A DNA stretch of 64,000 bases. Source: Octopus sinensis. Lineage: Eukaryota. The position numbers and the translations under genes were made by a program. Positions 51,657 through 64,000 of this stretch are shown here, one piece after another; position 1 is the first letter of the stretch; each line of letters starts with the position of its first letter. The notes under the pieces were generated by a model. That model was not told the origin of the DNA and made no database searches. It worked only from the letters and a program-made list of their open reading frames with translations. The stretch lies in contig NC_043010.1 in NCBI RefSeq assembly GCF_006345805.1, positions 3,720,001 to 3,784,000 on the forward strand, given 5' to 3'.

Positions 51657-52300
51657 GGTACACCTACACGTGTACCCCATCGAATTTCTTTCCTCATAAC
51701 TTCCAGAAAAATGGATATTTTTTCATGAAGTTTTCTACAAATACGTTTCAGATGGTGTAAATTGTGATTATGTCAGAATTTTTTACCAAAATATTTTCCC
51801 TGGCTGGGTAGAGGGCTCACAGAAAATTATGCAAATTGTCTTTGTTTTCTTATAACTTTCAGAAAAATGTACATTTTCCACAAATACATTTCACAGTTTG
51901 TAGATCACATCATACATACTGACACATCACATTCGTCCACAAAATGAAACTTGAAATTTCAAAAACAATTGTGATGTGTGTCAGTATGTATGTGCTCATC
52001 AGTTCCCTTTTCATATCAAGCTGTGATATAATCGTAATTTACATATTCTTAAAGATACTTGTTGAAAATTTCATCGAAGAATCCCATTTTCTCCGAAAGT
52101 GATGATGAAACAAAACTAACTTGTATTAATTTTCTTAAACTCCTCTCTCTACCCGTCAGAAAAATGTTTTTTCACAACACATTGTGCAACAATCTGAATC
52201 TACACCATCTGAAGCATATTTGTAGAAAATTCATTGAAAAAATATCAATTTTTCTGGAAGTTGTGAGGAAACAAATTTGCTGGTGAACATTTGTGTACAT
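51657..52300. mobile_element. Foldback/MITE-like element with long imperfect inverted arms
   Basis: 51683-51780 mirrors ~52180-52278. Inner 51911-51930 mirrors 51971-51992. Central palindrome TTGAAATTTCAA at 51951-51962. Confidence 0.8.
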
Positions 52301-52817
52301 ATACCCATTGCTTTAACAATAGTAATACTAAAATTACACTGCTATTGAGTATCTGTATATATGTTTGCTTCGTTTCCCTTAGCGATATTTGCTTATGTAA
52401 CTGTATGTAATATATAAACAAACAATACACGTTTTTTGTTTGGTCTGCACCAAAAGGGTGACAATACACAAATGTAACTGGGATAACTGTATTTACAATG
52501 ATTTTGTGTTTAATAACAAATACAAACTGTATTAAAAGTGCATTGGAGTGTGTGTACATATATAAATTTATTGGCAGTATTTAGGTAGTAACTTTTCTTT
52601 GCTTTGTTCTTTTAACATAATGGCATATTTCATCTTATTTAGCATTTTCACTACTGACACTTGAGCTTTGTTCATGTTGCATGTCTTGCCAGCATTCTTC
52701 CCACACACATACCATATGTGTACTTATGCTTATACACAAGAAGTACATATAATGCAATGATATCAAATCATTATAAAACATGCTGTCTTAATGACACCAT
52801 GTTTGCACTAGAGTATA

Positions 52818-53010
52818 TATCATCATCATCATCCTTTAATGTCTGTTTCTCATGCTGGCATGGGTTGGCTGGCTTGTAAGACCAGGAGCTGTATCAGGTT
52901 TCATAGTCTGTTATAGCTTGGTTTCTATGGCTGGATGCCCTTCTTAACACCAACCACTCTACAGGTGTACAGAGTGCTTTTAATGTGGCACCATCACATA
53001 TGCTTTTACC
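52818..53010 (-). mobile_element. SINE family D fragment (old)
   Basis: (CAT)n, CATGCTGGCATGGGTTGG, GCTGGATGCCCTTCTTAACACCAACCACTC. Confidence 0.75.
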
Positions 53011-54364
53011 ATACTACCTTGGTTTTAAGATCTCAATTCTGTTATGGTAGATGTGTCTTCTAAAGTACAGCAATATGCTACATATCCTAGTCCCCTGCCG
53101 TCTCCTTTGTAAGGTTTCAGCATTTTGAAGGCTGATCTCAAAACAATGAACCTTGTGAAGGAGATGGGTAAATAGGACCAGGTAAGGGAAGTTTAATGCT
53201 TGTTAACTACTTCCACGTGTACACTCACAAATTTATGTATGTATCAACAGGCAATGACTTAAATTAGAATTCATAGATGTAAAATCAGGCCTGATCATTC
53301 AGATGCTTTTGAATGAGTATGAAGGGAACCTTCAAGTTCTGAAGGAGGCTGAAATTCATTGGATAATATATAAAGTTTGTTCCTATATATCAGTTTCTGT
53401 TGTGTTGAACTCAATATGTGGATATTTGATAGATGATTGTGAAGCATTTTGATGCCTGCTGAGTACAAGACATCTCTAATGCAGCAGATGAGAGTAGTCT
53501 CCCTTGTTTTCGTTAGCAATTCCTGAAGAATTTTGGTAAAAATTAGGAGACAGTGGTATCAAATGATGACTTCAAATTAGCTAATAGGAAGATCTGTTGA
53601 TGTTATCAGCATGAAAGTTTAGTCTTATTAAACAATAAAGGGGACCGTTTCAATATGTTTCACTCAGAGACAAAGATAGTAGTTACCTAAATGGGTGAGT
53701 AAGTGGTATGCTTTAGTTATGTTGTGCAGGTCATTTCATTCTTCCTGGAGTCTTAGGATGAAGCAAAGCATGAAGTAGCATTTTCCTGTCACTGGATCTG
53801 AAGATTTACGTTTGCTGAATGAACCTAACTCTTGAAATTATTGGCTGTAAGTTCTTGTAACTTTTAATGCTCTCGGGTTGAGTAAAGTTGGCCTCTCTGA
53901 ACTTTGAACTTGAAAAAGTGAATTTCTTCAGAGGACATGTGAATTTTGGCGGCAGTAGGTGGTAGTTGCTTGAGATAGAGGATGTATAAGTGTATGCTTT
54001 TTTTCTGTAGTCATATCTGATGTTGAAAGTTAATTTGTCCACGCAACATCTAATATTATTTTATCATGTGGGTTCTGATATTTCTTTTGTATCAAGTGGG
54101 GCCGAGAGTATTTTTTCTGTAGCTCTCATTTTTATTGGATGGTTCCTATCTTATTTTGGTATGTTGCTTTTTGAGGGCATTGCTGATGATTTTCCTCTTA
54201 TCATTTGCAAACATATTGTCTTTTTCCGTGATTTCATTGGTCACATTTGTTTTTCTTTAAACTTGCTGTTTCAACCTTTTCTGTATATTGGATTGCAGTT
54301 TAATTATTGTTCAGTTTCTTTCAGCGTATTTGTTGATGTGTTAATTCATTTCTTTTATATCCTA

Positions 54365-54762
54365 CTAGCAGTATCGCCCAGCGTTGCTCGGGTTTGTAAG
54401 GGAAATAACTATATAAGCGTTTTTAGAGAGTTATAGCCAAAAAATAGCAAAAAAATGCATTTAAAAAGGAAAAAAAATGATGGTAAATTTTTTTTTAAAT
54501 CGTTGACTCATCGTAGACATTTTTAGAGAGTTACTTTCCTTATTTAATAGCGAAAAAATGCATTAAAATGGAAAAAAACGATGGTAAATTATTTTTAAAA
54601 TCGTAGACTCATTGTAGACGCACGCTAATACCCAGAAGGGCTCGATATGAATCATGACTATAAGATACCCGGTTTTGGTTAAACTGCACCGCAAAATGTG
54701 GGAGTAGTTAGGAATCTAAATCGTAGGAGACAGACACACAACTTGACTTTTATATATAAAGA
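54365..54762 (-). mobile_element. Non-autonomous Helitron
   Basis: Same termini and body as 37888-38289. Confidence 0.87.
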
Positions 54763-55059
54763 TTTATTCAATTACTTGTTGCTTGATATTTTCCCAAACC
54801 TGCGTTTTAGTTTGTTTCATTGGTTGCTGGTTATAATGTTTTTGATGACCTAAGTCTTTCTATGTGTATTGCTTATTGCTTTAATGGTACTCCAGAAGCT
54901 GTTTCCTACTTCGTTCAGTGGTTGTCAGTTACAGTTCAGAGGTTTCATATCCTGTTATTGTTGAAGTGTTATGGTCTGGATTTGTGAAATTATTTCAGTA
55001 TGTATGTTATCAGTGAGGTAGGAGTCAGCAACAGTACAGCAATTAGTTTAGTGTACTAG

Positions 55060-55900
55060 CAGGAATTAAATCAGAGCTCAGTTCTCAATCCTCTCCTATT
55101 CATCATTGACAGAAGAGTCTGAAAATAATTGTCAATATGAACTCATTTATGCTGATGATCTTCTCCTAGTTTTATCTGTAGTTGAATTAGAATAGAAATC
55201 CCATGCATGAAAGCTAGGGCTTTAAATCTAATTTAGCAAAGACCAAAGTTCTAGAAAGCAGAAAATACAGTACTCTACTGCCTTCAGAAAAATAACCTTG
55301 GTTGATATGTCGGAAAGATAAAAATAGAAATTCTATGTAGTGCATCCAGTGCAAGCTATGAACACACAAATGGTGCAGTGGTTTCACAGGAAAATTAATT
55401 GAAAAAGTAGACTTTGTTTGCAGTAGATGTTCAGGAGCAATGAACTCTAAAAGCACATGGAATATACATTTTCTGAAATGCTCACAATGTTCCCTAGAGG
55501 TAGTAGATATTATTAAGGTGTCCCAATTAGTAATGAAGGAGGATGTTCTGAAATTGTGTTTGCTAGAATAAGAATAGGATGGAGAAAGTTCAAAGAAATA
55601 TTACCTCTGTTGGTAACAAAGGGTTCTTTTCTCTCACTGACTGAGACAAATTGTATGATGTATATGTGTGAACAGGAATACTACATAGTAAAGAGACATG
55701 GGTCCTAAATGCAGAGGGCATTCAAAGCCTAGAAAGGAATGAAGCTAGTATGCTCTTTTGGATATGCAACATCACTATGCATGTACAACGAAGCACAAAT
55801 GTGTACTTTAACTTATCATCTCCTTCCTGAGCCATTCCTATTTCTTTCACTTTTTCTCCTTTACCACCATTGTACTAACATTTACTGTCATCCACAATGT
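55060..55900 (+). mobile_element. Decayed RTE-like LINE RT fragment with a Cys/His-rich insert
   Basis: SVLNPLLFII, IYADDL, GFKSNLAKTKVL, then RNSM*CIQCKL*THKWCSG. Confidence 0.65.
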
Positions 55901-56590
55901 CAACTTTGTTTCATTCACAATCTCTGACCGTCTATCTCTCTTTCCTTGCATTCTAATGAACTTATCCACCCACCCTTACCAATTCTTTGTCCATATTCTC
56001 TCTTAAACTCACTTTCTCGTATCTTGAGAGTATTTTCTGACACTGCCATCATTGTCTTCTTTTCTGCTACTCCCACCCACCCACCACCTGTATATCACGA
56101 AGGTTAGCCATGTTTCTTTTCTATAGAAAAACACCTGTATCTGTCCCACTGTCATACTTTAGCCTTTCAACACTTGGCATTAATCGCATAAATACATCTC
56201 CTCTATGCAACCCAACTAAGCTGAGGGGACCTTTTTCTTGCCCTGTGAATTACCTGGTGATCTCACTAGTGCTGGTGTCACGAAAGAAGCATCAAATACA
56301 TTCTGTAAAGTGGTTGGTATTTGGAATGGCACCCAACTTTAGAAACCATGCCTCAATATACATTGCTAATATCCCTCCTCAATTACCTCTGACTTCTACA
56401 AATCAGAAGCAAGGACTATTTGAGTATTATAGTTCCACTGATTCATGATGATAAGTTACCAATTCTAAACCTACTCTCACTTCTACCACATCAAGCTCAT
56501 CTGTCATCTCCTACAGGCAAATGAAATTAATTTTCATTATTATCTTTTAACTTTTTGAATGTTGTGACTTTAATTTTATGAAATATATAT

Positions 56591-56814
56591 CTCTTTTACT
56601 CTTTTACTCTTTTACTTGTTTCAGTCATTTGACTGTGGCCATGCTGGAGCACCACCTTTAATCGAGCAAATCGACCCCGGGACTTATTCTTTGTAAGCCC
56701 AGTACTTATTCTATCGGTCTCTTTTTGCCGAACCGCTAAGTGACGAGGACGTAAATACACCAGCATCGGTTGTCAAGCGATGGTGGGGAGACAAACACAG
56801 ACACACAAACATAT

Positions 56815-56845
<31 letters not shown>

Positions 56846-57019
56846 CATATATACGACAGGCTTCTTTCAGTTTCCGTCTACCAAATCCACTCACAAGGCA
56901 TTGGTCGGCCCGAGGCTATAGCAGAAGACACTTGCCCAAGATGCCACGCAGTGGGACTGAACCCGGAACCATGTGGTTGGTTAGCAAGCTACTTACCACA
57001 CAGCCACTCCTGCGCCTAT
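56591..57019 (-). mobile_element. tRNA-derived SINE, family A
   Basis: Full head-to-tail match to the family. Confidence 0.93.
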
Positions 57020-57288
57020 ATATGATGTCTATATTATTTCCTACAATTCTGTTATTGTTTAACCCTGTTATGCATTTTTAAATCATCTCCCTGGAAATTT
57101 GTGGACTGTGCATCTATACATGAAAAGTCTTCTCCTTTCCTTCTCTTAATAATTGTCTCAAACATAGACACAGAGTCAGAAAATTGAGGCAAGATAAAAG
57201 GCAAAGCCAAATACTTGAACTCAGAAGGTTGAACAACCAGGAATGCTGCACAGCATTTTGTGCATTATAATGAAAAGCAAATCAAGCT

Positions 57289-57918
57289 GGTGGCACGTAA
57301 CAAACACCATCCGATCGTGGCCATGCCAGCCTTGCCTGGCCTCCGTGCCGGTGGCACATAAAAAACACCATCCGAGCGTGGCCGTTCGCCAGCCTCGTCT
57401 GGCACCTGTGTCGGTGGCACATAAAAAACACCATCCGAGCGTGGCCGTTCGCCAGCCTCGTCTGGCACCTGTGTCGGTGGCACATAAAAAACACCATCCA
57501 AGCGTGGCCGTTCGCCAGCCTCATCTGGCACATAAAAAACACCATCCGAGCGTGGCTGTTCGCCAGCCTCGTCTGGCACCTGTGTTGGTGGCACATAAAA
57601 AACACCATCCGAGCGTGGCCGTTCGCCAGCCTCATCTGGCACCTGTGTCAGTGGCACATAAAAAACACCATCCGAGCGTGGCTGTTCGCCAGCCTCGTCT
57701 GGCACCTGTGTCGGTGGCACATAAAAAACACCATCCGAGCGTGGCCGTTCGCCAGCCTCGTCTGGCACCTGTGTCGGTGGCACATAAAAAACACCATCCG
57801 AGCGTGGCCGTTCGCCAGCCTCGTCTGGCACCTGTGCCTGTGGCACATAAAAAAAACACCATCCGAGCGTGGCCGTTCGCCAACCTCATCTGGCACCTGT
57901 GTCCGTGGCACATAAAAA
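57289..57918 (+). repeat. 63-bp GC-rich minisatellite (~10 units) inside a family D SINE (57286-58093)
   Basis: Unit GGTGGCACATAAAAAACACCATCCGAGCGTGGCCGTTCGCCAGCCTCGTCTGGCACCTGTGTC (57350, 57413, 57476...). It runs directly into the family D tail, which ends (GAT)n at ~58093. Confidence 0.95.
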
Positions 57919-58624
57919 GCACCCACTACACTCACGGAGTGGTTGGCGTTAGGAAGGGCATCCAGCTGTAGAAACACTGCCAGATCTGACTGGGCCTGGT
58001 GCAGCCTTTGGGCTTCCCAGACCCCAGTTGAACCGTCCAACCCATGCTAGCATGGAAAGCGGACGTTAAACGATGATGATGATGATGTTGATGAATCCTG
58101 CCAATTCACCACCTTTAATAAGATATATTTTCTTAATGGAATTATGCAGTGATGTGTTTTTTCAGTGTATGTGTGTTGATTGCAATTATGCTGATTGTTT
58201 TTCAGAAGGCAAATAATTCCATACCATTTTGATTGTTCAGTAATTTTTCAGCACAAAAAAAAAAAAAAAAAGAAAGCAGCTCATGACATTATTCTAATTG
58301 ATATTATACATTATCAACCTGAATTTGGATAGCATGATGAAAATATTTCAGAGTTTTGTTTCATAATGCAGAATAAGATTATTCTGCATATTGAACATGA
58401 GTCGGTGGTGCAATAATCATGAGCAAGTTTTGGCTGCCAAGAGAGGAGTGGATTCTTTTCATTCATTGAACTAAAATAAATAAATACAAATATAATGTTT
58501 CATTCTTAAATGGTTTCATAACTTGTCTCTGCACCCTTGAAGGTGTGTCTCTGAAAAAATTTATAAGGTGGGTTGGGTACCCCAAGTTGTTGTTATGCCT
58601 GCCATTTGTTAATTTGGACAATTG

Positions 58625-58701
58625 ATATAATCGACTTAATCCGTTTGTCTGTCCTTGTTTGTCCTCTCTGTATTTAGCCCCTTGTGGGTAGTAAAGAAAT
58701 A
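58625..58701 (+). mobile_element. SINE family C 3' fragment
   Basis: ATCGACTTAATCCGTTTGTCTGTCC...GTGGGTAGTAAAGAAATA. Confidence 0.8.
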
Positions 58702-59000
58702 AGTATTGTCAGCACCTGCTACAAGGACAAAGTAGATGAAAGAAAGTATCAAGGAATCATATTGATGGAGTAGAGAATTAACCTTGATAAGATGTAGCTT
58801 GGTTTGTGCCCTAAAGAGGTACTACTAATATTCTCTTCTTATTTGCACAATAGCTTCTTGCTTATAGTGGTTATTTAACCCAATAATCAGCCCTGACTGA
58901 AGTTAACCAGGGGTGTTTCATCTGAGACAGTCTTATTGTTCTCTATGTCTGGGACTTCACTATTCAATATGTTGTTCCTTGTACTTTTGTTTTAAGAGGA

Positions 59001-59390
59001 TGGATGGAAGCACTCCGTCGGTTACGACGACGAGGGTTCCGGTTGATCCGAATCAACGGAACAGCCTGCTCGTGAAATTAACGTGTAAGTGGCTGAGCAC
59101 TCCACAGACACGTGCACCCTTAACGTAGTTCTCGGGGATATTCAGCATGACACAGAGAGTGACAAGGCCAGCCCTTTGAAATACAGGTACAACAGAAACA
59201 GGAAGTAAGAGTGAGAGAAAGTTGTGGTGCAAGAGTACAGCAGGGATCACCACCACCCCCTGCCGGAGCCTCGTGGAGCTTTAGGTGTTTTCACTCAATA
59301 AAGACTCACAACGCCCGGTCTGGGAATCGAAACCGCGATCCTATGATCGCGAGTCCGCTGCTCTAACCACTGGGCCATTGCGCCTCCACA
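59001..59390 (-). mobile_element. tRNA-derived SINE, family B
   Basis: Reverse complement of family B. Flanked by TTTAAGAGGA and TTTAAGATGA (possible TSD, one mismatch). Confidence 0.92.
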
Positions 59391-60189
59391 TTTAAGATGA
59401 TAGGGTGTAGTTTAAAACAAAAACTGGCTGCTATCTTCAGCAATTTCAATATCTGAACAGAAGTTCTTTTGTTGGCTCCTTGTTATAGATGCATGACCAT
59501 CTAGCAAGAAATATAGCTGCCAGAGTGAATAAATTTAAAATGTTCATGTTTGCATTAGAATTAGTATCTGACGTTAGTCATCTGACTGAAGATTATTCAG
59601 TAGCTTGCAGGCTTGTGGTTTGTAGTGATAATAAAAAGTTTAATATATGTATTTCTGCAATATATTAATAATGCTAATGCGGTAGTATCTCACATTTGTA
59701 ATGTTGGGAGTTGAAAGACTTTGAGCAACTGACAATATTCAAATAATTAGTAGACAAAAACTCCCTCTAGTTTTGTTTAGAACCTAAAACCAACCAGTGA
59801 GGAAAATGATTCCCAAAAGATCAGCTGAATGAAAATTCTGGACACTACAGACAATGTAGATTAGATTGGATTTGGACTTTTAAGCCATTGGGTGAAAGCA
59901 GTGCAGTTTTGCTGAACAGAATATGTTTCACTGATGAGTCTAGTAAGACAGAAATACATATGTTTCTTTCACTATTTTGCTTCAAAGATGAAGACTGGAA
60001 CAGATCTTGTTTGTTTATATTGTTAAAAAATTTCGGTCAACTGATCTTATCAGAATTATCTCCTTTGTTTCTTTGTAAAGTTTAAACATCTCAAGTGGGA
60101 TATTTTATCTACTAATTTCTTTGATATTACTATAGCTGTTTTCAGATTTTCATCTATATTATATCATATCTACATAGAGTATACAGTAT

Positions 60190-60584
60190 ATAGGCACAGG
60201 AGTGGCTGTGTGGTAAGTGGCTTGTCTACCAACCACATGGTTCTGGGTTCAGTCCCACTGCGTGGCCTCTTGGGCAGGTGTCTTCTGCTATAGCCCCGGG
60301 CCGACCAATGCCTTGTGAGTGGATTTGGTAGACGGAAACTGAAAGAAGCCTGTCGTATATATGTATATATATATATGTGTGTGTGTGTATGTCTGTGTTT
60401 GTCCCCCTAGCATTGCTTGACAACCGATGCTGGTGTGTTTACGTCCCCGTCACTTAGCGGTTCGGCAAAAGAGACCGATAGAATAAGTATTGGGCTTACA
60501 AAGAATAAGTCCCGGGGTCGATTTGCTCTACTAAAGGTGGTGCTCCAGCATGGCCGCAGTCAAATGACTGAAACAAGTAAAAGA
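60190..60584 (+). mobile_element. tRNA-derived SINE, family A
   Basis: Full head (AGGCACAGGAGTGGCTGTGTGG...GGGTTCAGTCCC) through tail in forward orientation. Confidence 0.93.
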
Positions 60585-62193
60585 ATATTCCTCTTAGAGA
60601 TCTATTCCGAACAAGTGTCACTTATATTCCCACTATTTCTGTAAATATATTGTAAAAACCCATATAATTTATGCACTTTATTTTTACAAAAATAAAAATA
60701 AACTTTAGTGGGTGAGTAAATTACGTGAGCTGATTGTTTCCTGAATTTTTCTGAAAATTTTTTTGTTGAAAAAAGACGTACAAGACATAAACATTCGTAC
60801 TGGAAGTTGACCCATTTAATGTCAGAATAGGATCTTACAGAACAAAATAATGTCTTAAATATAATGAAGCTGACTTTAATTTATGATGGACAGTATAATG
60901 CTTACTTTTTCTGTATAAATTTACTAAAAACATTAAATGGTTAACTACTTTTTGAACTCTGATGCTCACGCTGGTAAACATGGTCTGGGCCATATTTTAA
61001 ATTGTTTAGAGTTTCTACCTGTCGCAATAGAGCACCGTTGACATACATAGTGATATGGATATTCCTGACTGAAAAAAAAATGTAATGATATGGGTAATCT
61101 TGATATATATTTTTATTTTTGTCTGTTTATTACCAGGCACAGTTTTAAGTTTGTTGTACTGTTTACACTAATTTCAAACATTGGCATCGTTAACATTAAA
61201 ATGCCTTCTGGCGATTCCTAAATTCTACCCATACTGACAATAATGGTAATGACAAATTTTAAAGTTTGCTTGACATCTTAGAAGTGTGAAAGGGATTAAA
61301 ATTTCGATACTCTATATCAAAGGTTCCGACAAGAATAGGCGGAAAAGAATTCTGTTTACATAATCAGTTTGATCGGTCACCTTCTTCTGTTGGTTGAGTA
61401 AAGTGTCATCCAAGCTGATGTTTATTGGTAATTAAACTTAATATGCAACACCTGTGCACATTTATCAGGATTGCTTTTGTTGACAATTCTTATCAACAAC
61501 TTTTCCTGTGATCATGATTTGAGAAGACATATGCTAAAGATCAGACATAATCTCTTGTGGGCAAGAAATGTAAAATAAAGTTTATTAATGACAACACAAA
61601 CACTTTGTAATTTAATAGCTTTCAATGTCAATATCTGTTAGACAAGAATTATTTTTATTTGATGAAAATTTTATAAAATCTAATCATAAGTATGTGAAAT
61701 TATACTAAATACAACTAAATTGAAAGCCTTTTCACCTGGCTATATCGGCCATTCTGAAAACTTTGGGGTGCAAATTTTACATGAGTAAAAGCATTTTTTA
61801 ACAAATTTTATCCTGAAAATCACCTGCGTAAATTACATAGGTGCACAAATTACATAAGTTTTTATGGTATATATCAGTATCATCCTTTTTAAGACATTAA
61901 TTTGTATGATTTGAGGTAGATTTGAATAAACTTGTGTGCCTGATCACAATGAAGATATCATCCACATGCTTACTGCAAATTGTGGATATGTATTTGGCCA
62001 TAGTATAACTGTATTATATAATGAACCTATTGTCTATGCTGGCTTATGATATTATCTATGTTTGCAATACAGAATACCATAAATATGGGTTAAGTAAACA
62101 ACAACCCATTGGTACCCATTGTCCTGAATGCAGAAACTTCTTGGTGGAAAATTAAGGGAATAATGTGCTGTAGTTTTCTTAAGTGTTCCTTAA

Positions 62194-62413
62194 CCATTTT
62201 GTTACCAACCCGGCTGAAACTGGCTCTGGCACTGAGTACAAATGTCCTGTTTTCATAAGTTTTGAATTAAAATCTTCCACCAAATCTTAGTCGAAATTTA
62301 CGTTCCTAACACTAGCTGAATGATAACTAAGTTATTTTACTAAATTCTTTGTTATATTTAAAGTAATTGAAAGAAACACAGAGCATCTCAAAATATATAC
62401 AGTAATGAAAGGG
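62194..62413. mobile_element. piggyBac-like MITE with TTAA target duplication
   Basis: TTAA (62190-62193)|CCATTTTGTTAC ... GTAATGAAAGGG|TTAA (62414-62417). Confidence 0.7.
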
Positions 62414-62689
62414 TTAAGTATAGTGGCTGATTTCAGTTACTAATTTTAAAATTTTCTTTCTACATCATAAAATTTGAATTAGTATATTACATTAGTTGTA
62501 TAACAGAAAAATATTCAACCAGATAACTAAACATACTCAGTTGTCTTAAGATACTGCTAAGAACTCATCTAATGCAGCACACCTCACCAGTATATACTAC
62601 TTAATGCTATTTAAATGTTTTTCAAACTAATTTCTTGTTGATTTTATTTAGGAAATTAAGGGATAGAGAGAGCTGTGTCATTTATAGAT

Positions 62690-63600
62690 TTTACAGTTCT
62701 ATAGACATAAAAGTAAGTTATTTATATATTCTCCTTCCCTTTGGTAGAGTGGAATAGTTCCTTGTTGAGTGTTAGCAGCAGTAATTAATTTAAGCTTCAT
62801 TTTTAATTGCAAAATTTTACTTATCATAATCTTTATGGATTTTCTGCTACCTTTTAATAGATTGTTAATTTTTGTCATGTTTCCATCTTTGTTCATAATA
62901 ATGAATAAATTGCTCTTATCGCTTTTGCATATTAACATTTTATAGTTGTTTTCCAGGCCTTTCAGAACCATTGAGTTTCAGATTAACTGCTTTTTTATGG
63001 CTACGTGTATCTGTGTATATTGCTTTCAACTCAGAATAAGCTTTTAAGTTTATTATCTATTTTAATTGTTTTTTTCTTTTTGTTTTGTTTTTCTTTTATC
63101 TCAATTGATCGGTAGACTAGTTCAAGTTGAACTCTCTTTCAATTTAAGTCTATTTCCTTAATAATTGAAGGTATCAAAGTTGAGAAATGAAATTTGATCT
63201 TGAATCAGTCTGTGAAGGTTTAACAAATTTAGCTTCCTACTTGGCAGTACGATTCACATTGTAGAAACTGTTAAACTTTTTCTTTGCATTATATGCATCT
63301 TATTTCCTATGAAAGGGATATTTGTAAATTATCAATAGCTATGAGAATATTATTAATAAATGTTTGTTATTTAGTGATTTGCTGTTGTCTTTCCTTAGAT
63401 GTATAATTTCCACTTGTGGTTTTTCTATCTTCTATGCTAAGTTTATTTGGCTTTCAATATTTTGTCTGAATCCTATAGTGCAGTGTTGTATGTTTTGTCA
63501 TAACATTTTTGTCTTTTGTGTATAAGGGAATATGTTTTTTTAAAATATATGCTTTTAAAAGCACAGCCAATTCTCACAAGTGGGAAAGTCTAGAAACATT
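62690..63600 (-). mobile_element. Decayed Penelope-like element (region upstream of the RT)
   Basis: Track ORF LKGLENNYKMLICKSDKSNLFIIMNKDGNMTKINNLL matches the LKxL...IxxxDKxN..VIMxxxDY..K...LL pattern that precedes PLE RTs. Boundaries are approximate. Confidence 0.5.
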
Positions 63601-63737
63601 GATGGACCAAAGAAATGTATTGTTCCAGTTAAAACATAAAGCACAAAGAAGGAACAATAAAAAGCCCCACTTTAATTAAAAAAGTTAAAACTGGACCATA
63701 GTCATGTTTTCTGTGACTCACACACACACATGTGCAT

Positions 63738-63778
<41 letters not shown>

Positions 63779-64000
63779 CCTGCTTACAATGTCTCATTAA
63801 CTCTCTCTCACTCACAAACATGAAGTCTGGTTTCTGTCCAATTAGAATTGAAGAATGCTATTTGTTCCATGATTCATTGATATTCTGCAAGAAGAGAAAA
63901 TTCCTATTATCATTAAAATAGATCATCTTACAAACCACGATTCATTGAAAATGATCTTGAGAAATAAATTGAACGTAAATGTCAAATGAAATAATTAAGG

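Noticed and set aside
53800-54960. Possible decayed Penelope-like ORF split by the Helitron
   Set aside because: Only faint, frameshifted resemblance; not enough to call without a profile search.
57243-57971. 242-aa repeat protein, or CRISPR-like array
   Set aside because: Units are contiguous with no unique spacers, there are no cas genes, and the ORF is explained by a 63-nt minisatellite in a SINE.
59920-59975. CTGATGA-GTCT-AGTA-AGAC-A-GAAA hammerhead-like motif
   Set aside because: Extra A before GAAA, and no consistent stem I/III in any topology.
60780-61450. CpG-richer unique region with FOX-like GTAAACA/TGTTTAC words, possible promoter
   Set aside because: No linked exon or ORF in the window, and the short motifs are expected by chance.
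30000-64000. Additional protocadherin exons or pseudogenes (expected if in a tight cluster)
   Set aside because: No cadherin motifs in the ORF track and none noticed by eye; short decayed fragments cannot be excluded without TBLASTN.

Overview
AT-rich, repeat-dense eukaryotic DNA, almost certainly from an octopus (coleoid cephalopod). The assignment rests on the style of the protocadherin and the SINE/microsatellite content and is an inference. One protein-coding gene is supported: a minus-strand protocadherin. The ORF track shows only its large ectodomain+TM exon (23683-21299). Two further in-phase cytoplasmic exons can be read by hand (16923-16755, carrying a DSGHG motif, and 14839-14565), giving a predicted 942-aa protein. 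A candidate non-coding first exon/promoter lies near 29.45-29.75 kb. The rest is intron or intergenic sequence filled with several tRNA-derived SINE families, three non-autonomous Helitrons, decayed mariner, hAT, CR1-like, RTE-like and Penelope-like elements (some with hammerhead-ribozyme-like cores), MITE/foldback elements and TA/CA/GA microsatellites. Nearly all short ORFs in the track are artefacts of these repeats. The most notable observations are an apparently Ca2+-site-depleted EC3-EC4 linker in the protocadherin, hammerhead relics, a 1.2-kb very AT-rich element with perfect 47-bp TIRs, a SINE tail swap, and several inverted or local duplications. No clearly new biological system is demonstrable from sequence alone.
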